DNA of 64,000 nt from Thermoplasmatota archaeon (GCA_030828405.1 JAURCP010000007.1:2250-66249), one strand, 5' to 3'. Shown: positions 8,347-19,681, numbered from the stretch's first letter. Notes: generated by a model not told the origin, from the letters alone. Made by a program: numbers and translations.

Positions 8347-9900
8347 TTATTCTACCCATGAATATTTTCTTTGACCTTCTAGAACGTCATCTCCCCCTAT
8401 AGAGACCAAAGCGAACTCATTTTTCGGAGATAAGATAGATTTCTTAGCGGTTCCTCTATGGAGTGACTCATATATTTCTTTGTCAATAGAATGTCTTTCA
8501 CCAAGTCTTTCGAATAAATTGAATCTTTTTGCAATTTGTTTCCATTCTGGTTGGATTACGCCTTCGAATACTTTTGCCTTAGCACCTGAACCATAACCGC
8601 ACAAGCCAATATGCTCACCAATCATTTCTTCACTTTCCAAATGATCTGATTCAATTGTCGACATTAAAGCTAGGAAAATTGAACCAGTATATTGATTTCC
8701 AACAAGACTTGAGGCCCTTTGTGCTTTCTCAATTCTAGCATCAACGAAATCTTTGAACATAGAAGTTTTGGATATTAAACGGCGATACTGATCGTTTGCT
8801 TTCTCAAACTCTTCGTAACCTTCAACGGAATCTTCAAAATTTTCAGGTAAAGGCTCTTCGCCAATTTCTTCAATAATCTCATCCCACAATGGTAAATGTC
8901 TTCTGTCATGTCTGAAAACATCTGGAAACATCCGTTTCCCTTGGAATGCATATGGTAAATGGACAATTATTCTTTTCCATTGTTCAGTCAAAATATCATC
9001 ATTGTCAGGATTATACCTTCCTGAACGTATAGCTTCGATTCTGAAATTGATGAATGCTTGTTTCACTGACTCAGAATAACAACGATTTGAAAATTGTCCA
9101 TCGAAAACAGGTGTGTCTTTGTGGATTTTCAGAGTTTTAGATTCAAATAAAATATTATCTTTAAGTGAGGAAATTGGCAAAACATCTAGAATTTTTTCTA
9201 CTAAACCCGATTTTCTAGGTTTTTCGCCCGCTTCTTCGGCTAAATCTAAGACATTCTCAACTACTGTTTTCATATCAACCTCTCTTCTAGGTTTGAAAAA
9301 ATCATGAACAGGCATTGTTGAAACGCCCCAGTTATCTGGAATTACAATTAATCTAGGGTTGTGACGGATTAGAATTGCTCCTCCGCCTGCGCCTTGTGTA
9401 TATTCACCGGATGACTCAAGATCATACTTTGCATTATCTGCGAAAACAACGATTCCAATCCTATCTTGAGGCTCTCCACCTCTAGCAACCCAATCTAAGG
9501 TATTATGCATGGCATCAACCGCACCGATACAGGCAAAAGTCAAATCAACTACATCACAATGTCTGAAACAATCTTGTCCGTATTGTTTATGGTATCTTTG
9601 CTCTAACATATCCATGATGTAAGTAGCAGTTGGTTTAGCACCATCTAGGGCTGATTCCGTGCCAAGATAAATTCTCCCAATATTATTTGGATCTAGGTTG
9701 TTTCTATCTATCAATCGTGCACAGGCATTTGCGCCCATAGTTGCAGTATCTTCATGCACATCCGGGATTGCCATTGCTTCAAGGCCAAGTCCACGATTTA
9801 ATTTTCCAAAATCTGCACCACGGAATTCTGCAAAGTCTTCCATATCGAAGTATAATTTAGGGAAATGTATCGCTATATCGTCTATTCCTACCTCTGTCAT
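8347..9900 (-). CDS. mvaS: Hydroxymethylglutaryl-CoA synthase (long, bacterial-like)
   Basis: GIDDI, GTESALD, FACIGA (catalytic Cys), GEYTQGAG, HLPY, GNQYTGS, GYGSG. Confidence 0.9.
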   Translation of the reverse strand: MTEVGIDDIAIHFPKLYFDMEDFAEFRGADFGKLNRGLGLEAMAIPDVHEDTATMGANACARLIDRNNLDPNNIGRIYLGTESALDGAKPTATYIMDMLEQRYHKQYGQDCFRHCDVVDLTFACIGAVDAMHNTLDWVARGGEPQDRIGIVVFADNAKYDLESSGEYTQGAGGGAILIRHNPRLIVIPDNWGVSTMPVHDFFKPRREVDMKTVVENVLDLAEEAGEKPRKSGLVEKILDVLPISSLKDNILFESKTLKIHKDTPVFDGQFSNRCYSESVKQAFINFRIEAIRSGRYNPDNDDILTEQWKRIIVHLPYAFQGKRMFPDVFRHDRRHLPLWDEIIEEIGEEPLPENFEDSVEGYEEFEKANDQYRRLISKTSMFKDFVDARIEKAQRASSLVGNQYTGSIFLALMSTIESDHLESEEMIGEHIGLCGYGSGAKAKVFEGVIQPEWKQIAKRFNLFERLGERHSIDKEIYESLHRGTAKKSILSPKNEFALVSIGGDDVLEGQRKYSWVE

Positions 9901-9985
9901 AGCAATCCTTCCAAGTCTTGCGCAAAGCAATAGGGTTATGATATCTACTGTAGAATTAGGTTTAACTCGTCGATTATAAAACGCG

Positions 9986-11101
9986 TTACTGAGAGCCGGT
10001 GATTTTATTCATGTTATCTAATAACTCATTATTACTCGAAAAATACTCAGAAATAGGGTTCAATACCTGTGCTAATCCTCTAGCCACAGCCATTTTAGCA
10101 TCAAAAGGATGTACTTCACCCTTATTTATTGCGGAAATAAGATCGTCAATATTTTCCCAAGAGGAAGGTGAGCCAAATTCAGGTTTAGGTTCAATATTAA
10201 TTGTTCTAATTCGTGGGATTAGAACATAACGAGCTATTTCATAAACTGCGGAATTTTCGTTACCTATTTCTAGGAATGCTTTACGTAATTTTTTCTCTAG
10301 TTTCTTGGGGGTATCATGTAGTAATATAGCATTGTTAGGGTCGGATTTAGACATTTTATGATCATAGGAATCCATACGTCCACTAGCTCCTTTTAGACCT
10401 GATAACATTGGAGTATGGATACAAGTTGCTTTAATCCATTTATTTCTATCTGCAACTTCTCGCATGTACATATGAGCCTTTCTCTGATCCATTCCACCAA
10501 GTGCTATATCAATTTCTAATTCGAAGATATCTGCCGATTGCAGAGCAGGGTAGAAAAATGCGGACAAGTCATGATCAGAAGAATCTTCATCTCTACCCAT
10601 GATACTGAATGTTCTCCTAACTCGAGACAAACTCATATTTTTTGAACATCGTAATACTCTTTCCCAATATTTCCCAGAATCCATCATTTCAGATGCTCGA
10701 ATAAATCTCAATTGACCAGGGCCATCTCCTTCTTCAGGAAAATTTAATAGAACTCGGAAAACTTCAGACATGTAATCTGCAGCGAGAGAAATTTTCCCCA
10801 TATCTCTTGAAAATTTATCATTTACCCACGCGTGCCAATCTGCTAATAACACAGTAACATTTACTTTTTCAGCAAGTAAATTATCGATAGTTTCGGCTAA
10901 GATCATCCAACCAAGATGAGCTTTTCCACTAGGTTCTAAGCCAATATATGCATTCAATTGATTGCTTCCAGAATGGCTACTGCTACCTGAAATTACATTC
11001 GCGACATGCCCAATACCAACTATCTCTTCACAACCACCAAACATTCTGTTGATTTTTGAGCGCCCTTCATCATCGAGATTTGATAAAGGATCTGGGTTCA
11101 T
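9986..11101 (-). CDS. tyrS: Tyrosyl-tRNA synthetase (archaeal type)
   Basis: YIGLEPSG..HLG, ADWHA, YPALQSADI, GGMDQRKAH, KMSKS. Confidence 0.93.
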   Translation of the reverse strand: MNPDPLSNLDDEGRSKINRMFGGCEEIVGIGHVANVISGSSSHSGSNQLNAYIGLEPSGKAHLGWMILAETIDNLLAEKVNVTVLLADWHAWVNDKFSRDMGKISLAADYMSEVFRVLLNFPEEGDGPGQLRFIRASEMMDSGKYWERVLRCSKNMSLSRVRRTFSIMGRDEDSSDHDLSAFFYPALQSADIFELEIDIALGGMDQRKAHMYMREVADRNKWIKATCIHTPMLSGLKGASGRMDSYDHKMSKSDPNNAILLHDTPKKLEKKLRKAFLEIGNENSAVYEIARYVLIPRIRTINIEPKPEFGSPSSWENIDDLISAINKGEVHPFDAKMAVARGLAQVLNPISEYFSSNNELLDNMNKITGSQ

Positions 11102-11113
11102 TTAATCACCGAA

Positions 11114-11629
11114 TCATTTGAATAAATTGTTTAGTTTTTCACCACGGCCTGCTGCTCTTGTGTTTTCGCCTTCTTCTAAAGCGCTTTCAATTTCAGCAAT
11201 TAATGCCTCTGCTTGAGATTTCTTTTCATCTGATACATTTGTAGACATTTTCATAAAATGGCGTGCAGAACTAACTGCTGATTTAGCCTTAGATGACTTT
11301 TTCGCCCATTCCTTTGCTTTGTCACCACGCTGCTTTGAGTTATATCCTGTAGCTTCATCAAGAAATTGTGTCCATCTTTTACGACTATCCTGTGCAATTT
11401 TCATTGCTTCCGGGTCATCGAAATTAGGGGGAGAATTCTTTACGTCTATTACTAAAGCACCAGTATCTGAAAAATGTCCTTTAATGGAAGTCATAATATC
11501 GTGAGAACCAACAAATGAGCCATCATCATTACCCTCAACATTCTCAAAATATTTACCAGCCAATGCTGCTAAACCGCCATCTGCATTAATTTGTTTCATC
11601 AATCCTCGCTTAACGTCGAATCTCTCCAT
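11114..11629 (-). CDS. Conserved archaeal hypothetical protein (DUF5611-like) with helical C-terminal extension
   Basis: M..F.VKRG start and FLDEATGY..KQR motif. Confidence 0.55.
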   Translation of the reverse strand: MERFDVKRGLMKQINADGGLAALAGKYFENVEGNDDGSFVGSHDIMTSIKGHFSDTGALVIDVKNSPPNFDDPEAMKIAQDSRKRWTQFLDEATGYNSKQRGDKAKEWAKKSSKAKSAVSSARHFMKMSTNVSDEKKSQAEALIAEIESALEEGENTRAAGRGEKLNNLFK

Positions 11630-11723
11630 GAGCCTAGCGCGAAGTAATTGCTTATTCAATACTACGAGAGAAAGATAACCGAAGATGAGAAATAAACAGG
11701 GCTAAACCTACATCCGTTTTCGC

Positions 11724-12944
11724 ATGACCATGACTGCGTTAAGAGGGATAGTTATTGCCCTGATGACTACCCTAGTTTTCGCATCACCAATTGTTAGTGC
11801 AGAATCAGCTGTGGAACTTGATTCGATTATTCATCTGAGTGAAAATGATTTATCGATTAAAGGAATAGCAGAAAACCCTCAGGAAAATAAAATATTGATT
11901 TATGGAGAAGGAGGATATGCAAACATAATTTCTTCGAATAATCCTGATTCACAAGTATTACTTGCGGCAAGTGATAACCAAACTATGAGAGATGCTGACT
12001 GGCATCCAGGTGGAGGAACCGCCCTATTAGTTGGAGATGAGGGCATGATTCTTCGGTATGCGGCTGATGATTTTTCATTAACACAGGCTGGAGAAAAAAT
12101 GAATTTCGGACAAACCAATCTAAAATCGGTAGCATGGAATACTGCAGGAACATGGGCATATGTTGGAGGAGATGATGGGTGGCTATGGAGAGTTCGTGCT
12201 GAAGGAGATGGGGGATTAGAAACCCACCTTATCGAAGGGCGAGGAGAGGGAGATGTAACAGATATTGATTGTCATGACGATGTCATGCTCTGTGTGATAT
12301 CATCTGTTACTGATGGAATTGGAATTATCGATAGAAATCACATCTTAACTTGGATTGGAGGTAGTTTTTACCCATGGAATAGTGTAATTTGCCCTTCTAA
12401 CTATTACTTATCTTGTGTATCGGCATCTAGTAGTCAAGAAATTGGTATTATTCAATTACATTCTACAAATGCTGTAGAGAGTGAGTTATCGGTAAGTACT
12501 GTCAAAGGTATTGATGGACAATTTACCCATTTAAGTCACCAAGATGATGCAAGATCATTAATTGTCGTAGCACCATTTGCATTACTTGAGCACGATGTTA
12601 GCAAGAATGCTACATTTCCATGGCTAGATAATAAAGATGCTCAAGAATTCAATATTGAGATATCTGGTGAAAGAATAATTGGAACTTGGGGTATTGGTGA
12701 AAACAGCGGATGGCTAATCACAAGTCGTGGTACCTTGATAGAATTTCATTCTACAGAAAAGGCTAGTGAAATAGGAGTAATTCTTGGAGGAGTTGTTGGT
12801 TTCTTAATTCCATTAACTATTGGAATGTTGATACTAACTTTAGTCTACACAGCATCTCCAAAGCTTCAGTATTGGATGACAATGAAGTTTGGAAATAAAC
12901 AAGAAAAAAGAGATGCAAAAAGAAAAGGAACAGGGAAAAGATAG
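11724..12944 (+). CDS. Secreted, membrane-anchored beta-propeller protein
   Basis: Signal peptide, repeated W.P.G..ALLVG..G blades, C-terminal TM helix followed by a basic tail. Confidence 0.65.
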   Translation: MTMTALRGIVIALMTTLVFASPIVSAESAVELDSIIHLSENDLSIKGIAENPQENKILIYGEGGYANIISSNNPDSQVLLAASDNQTMRDADWHPGGGTALLVGDEGMILRYAADDFSLTQAGEKMNFGQTNLKSVAWNTAGTWAYVGGDDGWLWRVRAEGDGGLETHLIEGRGEGDVTDIDCHDDVMLCVISSVTDGIGIIDRNHILTWIGGSFYPWNSVICPSNYYLSCVSASSSQEIGIIQLHSTNAVESELSVSTVKGIDGQFTHLSHQDDARSLIVVAPFALLEHDVSKNATFPWLDNKDAQEFNIEISGERIIGTWGIGENSGWLITSRGTLIEFHSTEKASEIGVILGGVVGFLIPLTIGMLILTLVYTASPKLQYWMTMKFGNKQEKRDAKRKGTGKR

Positions 12945-13012
12945 GACTGGATTTTGACTAGGCCAATCAGGAACATTCATGTGGCCTCTATTATCGCCCA
13001 CAAATGAGAATT

Positions 13013-14185
13013 ATGGCATATGAGGCTCTAGACTTCTACGATGTTGACTCGTTATTGACTGAAGAAGAAAGAATGGTTCGAGACATGGTACGCGATTGGG
13101 TAGATGAGGAAGTCATTCCAAATATCGAAATTGCATGTAGAGATGGAGTATTTCCAGACGAGTGGAGAGTCGCTTTAGGAGAAATGGGAGTTCTAGGCGC
13201 ACCACTCAAAGGGTACGATTGCCCAGGTCTCTCCTACACAGCTTACGGAGTAATTTGCAGAGAATTAGAAAGAGGCGATAGTGGACTCAGATCATTTGCT
13301 AGCGTACAAGGATCTCTTGCAATGTATCCAATTTGGGACTTTGGAAGTGAAGAGCAAAAAAATTACTACTTACCAAAAATGGCTAGTGGTGAATGGATTG
13401 GTTGTTTTGGACTAACTGAACCAGACTATGGATCTAATCCTGGCGATATGATTACAAAAGCAGAAGATATGGGAGATCATTATCTTCTAAATGGTGCGAA
13501 AATGTGGATTACAAATGGCTCAATTGCTGAACTTGCAGTAGTTTGGGCGAAATTAGATGGAGTTATTCGAGGATTTATTGTTGAAAAGAATGACCCCGGA
13601 TTTTCAGCACCAGAGATGAAAGGAAAACATTCTTTGAAAGCTAGTGTAACCAGCGAATTAGTATTCCAAGATTGTAAAATTCCTAAAGATAGGATGCTTC
13701 CAGGTGTCAAAGGATTAAGAGGACCATTTTCTTGTCTAAATAATGCCAGATATGGAATTTCTTGGGGAGCGTTAGGCTCAGCGCAGGCATGTTTTGACTC
13801 AGCTAAAGAATATGCAATGAGTAGGATACAATTTAATCATCCAATTGCTTCATACCAATTAGTACAAAACAAACTATCTTGGATGCTTAGAGAAATTACA
13901 AAAGGGCAATTGTTAGCATATCACTTAGGACAGAAGAAAGATGCTGGAAATTGGATTCCTGAACATATCTCTTTAGCTAAAATGAATAATGTTGATATCG
14001 CTCTTGAAATAGCAAGAGTTGCAAGAGATATTCATGGCGCCAATGGAATACTTGACGAGTATCCAATCATGAGACATATGGCAAATTTAGAATCTGTAAA
14101 AACTTATGAAGGGACTCATGATATTCACAATCTAATAATCGGTAGACATATTACTGGAATTCAAGCATTCACTAGAGAAGCCTAA
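13013..14185 (+). CDS. gcdH: Glutaryl-CoA dehydrogenase-like acyl-CoA dehydrogenase
   Basis: ERGDSGLRS..SVQGSL, CFGLTEPDYGS, LNNARYGISWG, NLESVKTYEGTHDIH. Confidence 0.85.
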   Translation: MAYEALDFYDVDSLLTEEERMVRDMVRDWVDEEVIPNIEIACRDGVFPDEWRVALGEMGVLGAPLKGYDCPGLSYTAYGVICRELERGDSGLRSFASVQGSLAMYPIWDFGSEEQKNYYLPKMASGEWIGCFGLTEPDYGSNPGDMITKAEDMGDHYLLNGAKMWITNGSIAELAVVWAKLDGVIRGFIVEKNDPGFSAPEMKGKHSLKASVTSELVFQDCKIPKDRMLPGVKGLRGPFSCLNNARYGISWGALGSAQACFDSAKEYAMSRIQFNHPIASYQLVQNKLSWMLREITKGQLLAYHLGQKKDAGNWIPEHISLAKMNNVDIALEIARVARDIHGANGILDEYPIMRHMANLESVKTYEGTHDIHNLIIGRHITGIQAFTREA

Positions 14186-14217
14186 CAATTTGATCACAAA
14201 CAAAAAGAGGGGAAAAA

Positions 14218-14973
14218 ATGAATATAGCCGTACTACTAAAACAAGTGCCAGATACAACTGCGAAAATTACGATTTCAGAGGGGAAAGTTGATGAAAAATC
14301 AGTTAGTAAATGGTCAATGAGTCCATATGACGAATATGCTTTGGAGTCAGGGCTTCAATTAAAAGAGGCAACTGGAGGTAATTTAATCGCAATTACTTGC
14401 GGACCAGAAAGAGCGAAAAAAATGCTTACTGATACTGCTGCAGTAGGTGCAGATACTCTTGTTCATATCCCAGATGATGGTGTTAGTGATAGTACTCATG
14501 TTCAAAAATTACTTGCTGCTGCTGTAAAGAAATTTGACTCTCATGTTGTGCTATGTGGAAAACAAGCAGCAGATACTAATGGAGGTTCAACTGGACCGGG
14601 GGTTGCTGAACTACTCGATGCTGCATGTGTGACTTTGGTCTCAGAAGTAAATTTTTCAGAAGGTAGTTTTACTACGATTAGACCTAGTAATTCCGGTACA
14701 GAGAAAGTAATTGTCGATGGGCTCAGTGTTTTTGCATTTGATAAAGGTTCATCAGAACTTAGAAGACCTAATGTTAGGGGAATTATGATGGCAAAAAAGA
14801 AGCCTGTCGAGTCAGTTACGTCTAGTGATTTAGGAGTTAATTTAAATCCCTCTAATGTGAAAATGAATTCTCAAAATCCTCCTCCAGAGAAGCCTGCTGG
14901 ACAAAAATTTGAAGGCGCAGAGTATGTCAATGAAGTAGTGTCTAAGTTAAGGAATGAGGCAAACGTAATTTGA
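14218..14973 (+). CDS. etfB: Electron transfer flavoprotein beta subunit
   Basis: KQVPD, PYDEYALE, CGKQAAD, RRPNVRGIM. Confidence 0.93.
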   Translation: MNIAVLLKQVPDTTAKITISEGKVDEKSVSKWSMSPYDEYALESGLQLKEATGGNLIAITCGPERAKKMLTDTAAVGADTLVHIPDDGVSDSTHVQKLLAAAVKKFDSHVVLCGKQAADTNGGSTGPGVAELLDAACVTLVSEVNFSEGSFTTIRPSNSGTEKVIVDGLSVFAFDKGSSELRRPNVRGIMMAKKKPVESVTSSDLGVNLNPSNVKMNSQNPPPEKPAGQKFEGAEYVNEVVSKLRNEANVI

Positions 14974-14982
14974 GGTGAAAAA

Positions 14983-15903
14983 ATGGATTTTACAATAATA
15001 GCAGAAACTAATGGTGATTCACTTCACCCAACTACATACCAACTAATCGGAGCCGCGGCTAGTATGGGTTCTAATTCAACCGTAATTTGCCCGAATGGAG
15101 TAGGTTCTTTAGAGGCTGCTAAAATAAACGGAGTCGAGAAAGTAATTTCAGCAACTGGAGATTGTTTCAATATTTTCGATGGAGGAGCATGGGCCTCGGC
15201 ATTGTCTTCAATGTGTGGAGAAATGATTTTGATATCTGCATCTCCGAATGGGAGAGAGATTGGCTCTAGAATTGCTGCTAAAAAAGGCATTCCGATTATC
15301 CAGGACGTTGTTTCCATGACCGAAGGCATAACTGTTAGCAGGCCTATTTACTCTGGTAAAGCCATGGAATCATTGACAATTTCTGGGAGTGCAGTAGTCA
15401 CATTAAGACCTAATGCCTTTGAAGCAGCATTGGCAGAAAATGATGCCCCCATAAACGTCGTTAATCAATCAGCAGATGTAAGAATTGCAATACAAGAAGC
15501 TATCAATAAAGCTAGTGAGAGATTAGATGTTACGGAAGCAGATATAATTATTTCAGGTGGTCGAGGAATGGGGACAATTGAAAACTTTTCACATTTGGAA
15601 GAAATTGCAGACACTGTTGGTGCGGCAGTAGGAGCCAGTAGAGCTGTCGTAGACGAATGGGGTATGCCTCATAGAATGCAGGTAGGGCAAACAGGGAAAA
15701 CTGTGACTCCGTCACTGTATATCGCAGTAGGAATTTCAGGGGCCATACAACATTTGGCAGGTATGAGGTCTAGTAAATACATTTTAGCCATAAACAAAGA
15801 TCCGGATGCACCTATTTTTGGAGTTGCTGATTATGGTATTGTTGCAACATGGGAAGATGCAATCCCTGCACTAAAGTCAGCCCTTTCAGACCTTCAGTCT
15901 TAA
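14983..15903 (+). CDS. etfA: Electron transfer flavoprotein alpha subunit
   Basis: [42 protein letters not shown]. Confidence 0.95.
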   Translation: MDFTIIAETNGDSLHPTTYQLIGAAASMGSNSTVICPNGVGSLEAAKINGVEKVISATGDCFNIFDGGAWASALSSMCGEMILISASPNGREIGSRIAAKKGIPIIQDVVSMTEGITVSRPIYSGKAMESLTISGSAVVTLRPNAFEAALAENDAPINVVNQSADVRIAIQEAINKASERLDVTEADIIISGGRGMGTIENFSHLEEIADTVGAAVGASRAVVDEWGMPHRMQVGQTGKTVTPSLYIAVGISGAIQHLAGMRSSKYILAINKDPDAPIFGVADYGIVATWEDAIPALKSALSDLQS

Positions 15904-15946
15904 TTCGTTGCAATGCGTTGAAATTAAGATGCCGTTTCGAAAGGCC

Positions 15947-16585
15947 ATGGACTCTAATGTATTCGAAGATAAGAAAGTCCGAATGGTGGTCGCTTCGACA
16001 CTAATTCTTGGAATATTAATAGGATTAAGTCTTGCGGATGTTGTTTTTGATGATTATCAAACTGGCCTAGGGGATAAAGACGGGGACAATGTTCCAGATA
16101 TTTCAGACCTAGAACCAGATGGAGATGCTGGAATAAGATTTACACTCGTAGAAATCATACATCAAGAACTTTCATCAGATACTAATATCACACTAGTTTT
16201 GGGTTACAATGACAATGGAGATAGCGAAGGGAAATTAAACGGACAGGTTTGTATTCTCAATCTAACTATAATGGAGAATACTACTGTAACCAGACCATCT
16301 CATAATTGCGTATTCCAGGTAGCAGATTATGCTCTTAGATCCGTATCATTCGAATATAGAATGTTTGAAGAGAAAGTTATTAATCATGAAACAATAAGAG
16401 AAAATTGGGATATATTTGCAGGAAATGATAATGAAAATCCATGGGGAACTAATACAACAGTTGATCCAGGATTTTTATCAGTTGGTAGCACTATACTGTT
16501 AGATGGGATGTCAGATAGTGATGATTGGGAAAAGAATGCAAGAGTAATTTGGTATACTAATAGTGTCGAAATCTTCGCAGATTAA
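15947..16585 (+). CDS. Hypothetical membrane-anchored protein with a Ca-binding DxDxD motif
   Basis: N-terminal TM helix, DKDGDNVPDISD repeat unit. Confidence 0.55.
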   Translation: MDSNVFEDKKVRMVVASTLILGILIGLSLADVVFDDYQTGLGDKDGDNVPDISDLEPDGDAGIRFTLVEIIHQELSSDTNITLVLGYNDNGDSEGKLNGQVCILNLTIMENTTVTRPSHNCVFQVADYALRSVSFEYRMFEEKVINHETIRENWDIFAGNDNENPWGTNTTVDPGFLSVGSTILLDGMSDSDDWEKNARVIWYTNSVEIFAD

Positions 16586-18075
16586 ATAACTTGAACAGTT
16601 AAAGTTGCTGTTGATGATGCGCCCCTATCGTCAACTATTGTAAGGTAAAAAACATGAACTCCCCTTGATAATTTAACTTTTACTTGGGGGCTATTTGAAA
16701 CTACTTTATCGGAATCATTTTCCCATGACCAAGTATTGATAGTACCATCAGGGTCGTAAGATTTACTTCCATCAAGTAACACTATGGCAGTACCATCTGA
16801 ATCAGATTTAACTGTCATATCTTCGCCAACATCCACAATTGGTGGTAGGTTTAATGATCTAGCAGATTGTGATAAATCTTCTAAAATATCAACCTCGACC
16901 ACAGGGGCAGAAAATTCCACTTCTAATTCTTCATCCAATGCTTCAAAGATTTCTGATGAATCAGGAGGCAACAAAGGTTTCATTGAAGATGCTTGTTCTT
17001 CTTCAACAGATAAAGCGCCAGAATATTCAGAATCAAAATTAAAATTTTCTTCTTCGAAATTATATTCGTTAGAGATTATTTCAGAGTCAGGGTTAATGAT
17101 GAATATTGGAGTAGGTGAATGTTGTTTCTTGTCATCACCTAAAATAGCAACTCTAGATTCACCTATGAAGGATATTTTCTCAACTATCCCAATGTGTTCA
17201 AGACTCCAAATTATTTCCCCATTAGGATTTACTCTAGTGATATCAAACCATGAACCTACCAGAATATCCTCCTTCCAAGGAAATATTTGCTTTATTGAAT
17301 AATCAAACTTAGATAATCGGTTATATCCCTTAGAATTTATATGTAATTCTAATAATTCACCATTAAAGCAACCCAAAAGTACTCCTTTAGGTGTAGGAGT
17401 AATACAATTGACTAAACTATCTACCTCGCAACTATGAATTTGACCTTTTTGAATACTCCAACACTCTATTCGATTTTCAGGCCTATCGTCAATAGCCATT
17501 CCAAGTGAATTACGTGAGACTACAAGAACATCAGATGAACGAAATATCATGGATGAAATTGTTTCGATATCATCAGATGCTGCCTGAGAGGTTCTAATTT
17601 CATCACCTGAATTGTTGACCATAATGAAATCGCCGTTTTCAAGAGCGATTGCTGAATAATTTCCTTCATCATTACTACAAATATGAGTCATCTGGCCAAG
17701 CTCTTTTTCCCATAATAATTCACCATTAGAATCAAATCTAAATAGAGTCCCTGAACTATCTGCCACTAAGAAATCAGGTCCAGATAAACAAATGATTTCA
17801 CACCCAGAATTTAACTCATGACTCCAAATTATTTCTTTAGAAAAACCACAAATTCCTGAAATACTAGACCCTACAATTAAGATGCCACCTATTTCGAATA
17901 AACCAATTATTTTCCCTTCTAATTCAAATGATTCTTTAACCATACCCTCAGGTGAAATTATAGTCACAATACCATCTTGATTACCGACAGCCAAATTTCC
18001 ATCAGACATTTCACTTGAAACGGTTGGAATGCCGCCAACTTCAACCGAATTGAGTACCTCAATAGTTGAATGCAC
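16582..18075 (-). CDS. PQQ-like beta-propeller protein with C-terminal PKD/Ig-like domain
   Basis: 'G..LW' blade motifs, acidic linker, NLPPIVD...LDGSKSYDPDG.I..WSW...LTIVDDRG. Confidence 0.7.
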   Translation of the reverse strand: MHSTIEVLNSVEVGGIPTVSSEMSDGNLAVGNQDGIVTIISPEGMVKESFELEGKIIGLFEIGGILIVGSSISGICGFSKEIIWSHELNSGCEIICLSGPDFLVADSSGTLFRFDSNGELLWEKELGQMTHICSNDEGNYSAIALENGDFIMVNNSGDEIRTSQAASDDIETISSMIFRSSDVLVVSRNSLGMAIDDRPENRIECWSIQKGQIHSCEVDSLVNCITPTPKGVLLGCFNGELLELHINSKGYNRLSKFDYSIKQIFPWKEDILVGSWFDITRVNPNGEIIWSLEHIGIVEKISFIGESRVAILGDDKKQHSPTPIFIINPDSEIISNEYNFEEENFNFDSEYSGALSVEEEQASSMKPLLPPDSSEIFEALDEELEVEFSAPVVEVDILEDLSQSARSLNLPPIVDVGEDMTVKSDSDGTAIVLLDGSKSYDPDGTINTWSWENDSDKVVSNSPQVKVKLSRGVHVFYLTIVDDRGASSTATLTVQVI

Positions 18076-18121
18076 AAATAATCTAAGCGCTAATGACCTA
18101 TCATTCTAACTGACGAATGTG

Positions 18122-19624
18122 TCAAGCAGGAGCCGATTTTTTCGCTTTATCATTTCTTGATTGTTCGATCTTGTTGAGATAATCTTCAGTAATTCCGCCA
18201 GTCACATAAATACCATCGAAACAAGAGCAATCGAATGTTGCAATATTATTTCCCCCTGGTCCTAAACAGGCCTCTACCAAGTCATCAAGCTCCTGATAAA
18301 TCATCCAATCTGCACCTATAGCAGTGCAAACTTCTGAACTTGTTCTATTGTGAGCCACATACTCATTCTTAGCAGGCATATCAATTCCATATACGTTAGG
18401 ATGTATGATTGGAGGTGCTGCAGACGCGAAAAATACTTTCTTTGCTCCTGCATCTCTAGCCATTTCGACTATTCTCTTTGAAGTATTTCCTCTGACAATA
18501 CTGTCATCAACAATCAAAACGGTTCTACCCGAAAATTCACTAGGTATCGTGTTAAGTTTTTTACGTACTGAATCTTTTCTAACTGACTGTCCTGGCATGA
18601 TAAAGGTACGACCAATATATCTATTTTTGACAAAACCTTCTCGGTAGGGAACTCCTAACTCTCTAGCTAATTCTAAAGCGGCGATACATCCACTATCGGG
18701 TACCGGAATAACAGCGTCAATACCATGATTAGGGTTCTTTTCTTTGATTCGGCGGGCTAACAAAGCCCCCATTCTAAGACGGGCAGAATGTACTGAAATT
18801 CCATCAATAATAGAATCAGGACGTGCAAAGTAAACATGTTCGAATATACATGGTCGATGTTGAGGCTCAGGGTGACATTGTCGCGAATAGAAAGACCCAT
18901 CACACCTCACAACTATTGCTTCTCCTGGCATTACGTCTCTTTCTAATTCGAAACCTAAAGCCATCAAAGCCGCACTTTCGGATGCGAATGCTCTTTCTTG
19001 GAATCCATTTACTTCCCTAACACCCATGCACAGTGGCCTGATTCCATTCGGGTCTCTGAATGCAATAAGGCCCCAGCCAGTAATTGAAGAAACGACGCTG
19101 TAACTGCCCTCGGCTCTCATGTGCGTCCTCTCAATAGCTCTGAAAACATCTTCTTGATCTAAAGCATCCATCCCTCCAGGACGTCCGTTGAGTGATCTTT
19201 GTATTTCTGCCGCCAATAAGTTCAGTAATGCCTCTGAATCGGAACTAGTGTTTATTCTCCTATGGTCGTACTCAAGTAAACTAGCAAGTATCTCCTCAGT
19301 ATTGTTGAGATTACCATTATGAGCTAAACTAACCCCAAATGGAGTATTTGTATAGAATGGCTGAGCTTCTGCTACTGACGAACTACCTGCGGTAGGATAC
19401 CTGACGTGTCCAATACCAACAGAGCCCTTCAAAGATTTCATATGCCTCTGTTTGAATATATCTCTAACATACCCATTTGCTCTTCTATGATACAAATTAT
19501 CATTATCGAAAGTAACGATACCTGCTGCGTCTTGCCCACGGTGTTGAAGGACTAACAATCCATCATAAATATCCGAAGCAACAGAATATTCAGGGCTGCC
19601 AACAATTCCAATAATTCCGCACAT
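18122..19624 (-). CDS. purF: Amidophosphoribosyltransferase
   Basis: MCGIIG, QHRGQD, HVRYPTAG, HNGNL, VDDSIVRGNT. Confidence 0.97.
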   Translation of the reverse strand: MCGIIGIVGSPEYSVASDIYDGLLVLQHRGQDAAGIVTFDNDNLYHRRANGYVRDIFKQRHMKSLKGSVGIGHVRYPTAGSSSVAEAQPFYTNTPFGVSLAHNGNLNNTEEILASLLEYDHRRINTSSDSEALLNLLAAEIQRSLNGRPGGMDALDQEDVFRAIERTHMRAEGSYSVVSSITGWGLIAFRDPNGIRPLCMGVREVNGFQERAFASESAALMALGFELERDVMPGEAIVVRCDGSFYSRQCHPEPQHRPCIFEHVYFARPDSIIDGISVHSARLRMGALLARRIKEKNPNHGIDAVIPVPDSGCIAALELARELGVPYREGFVKNRYIGRTFIMPGQSVRKDSVRKKLNTIPSEFSGRTVLIVDDSIVRGNTSKRIVEMARDAGAKKVFFASAAPPIIHPNVYGIDMPAKNEYVAHNRTSSEVCTAIGADWMIYQELDDLVEACLGPGGNNIATFDCSCFDGIYVTGGITEDYLNKIEQSRNDKAKKSAPA

Positions 19625-19681
19625 AAGAACAAACCTCGCTAAGTTGTAAGGGTCTTAGCACTTTGCTATTCAGAACTTGAT

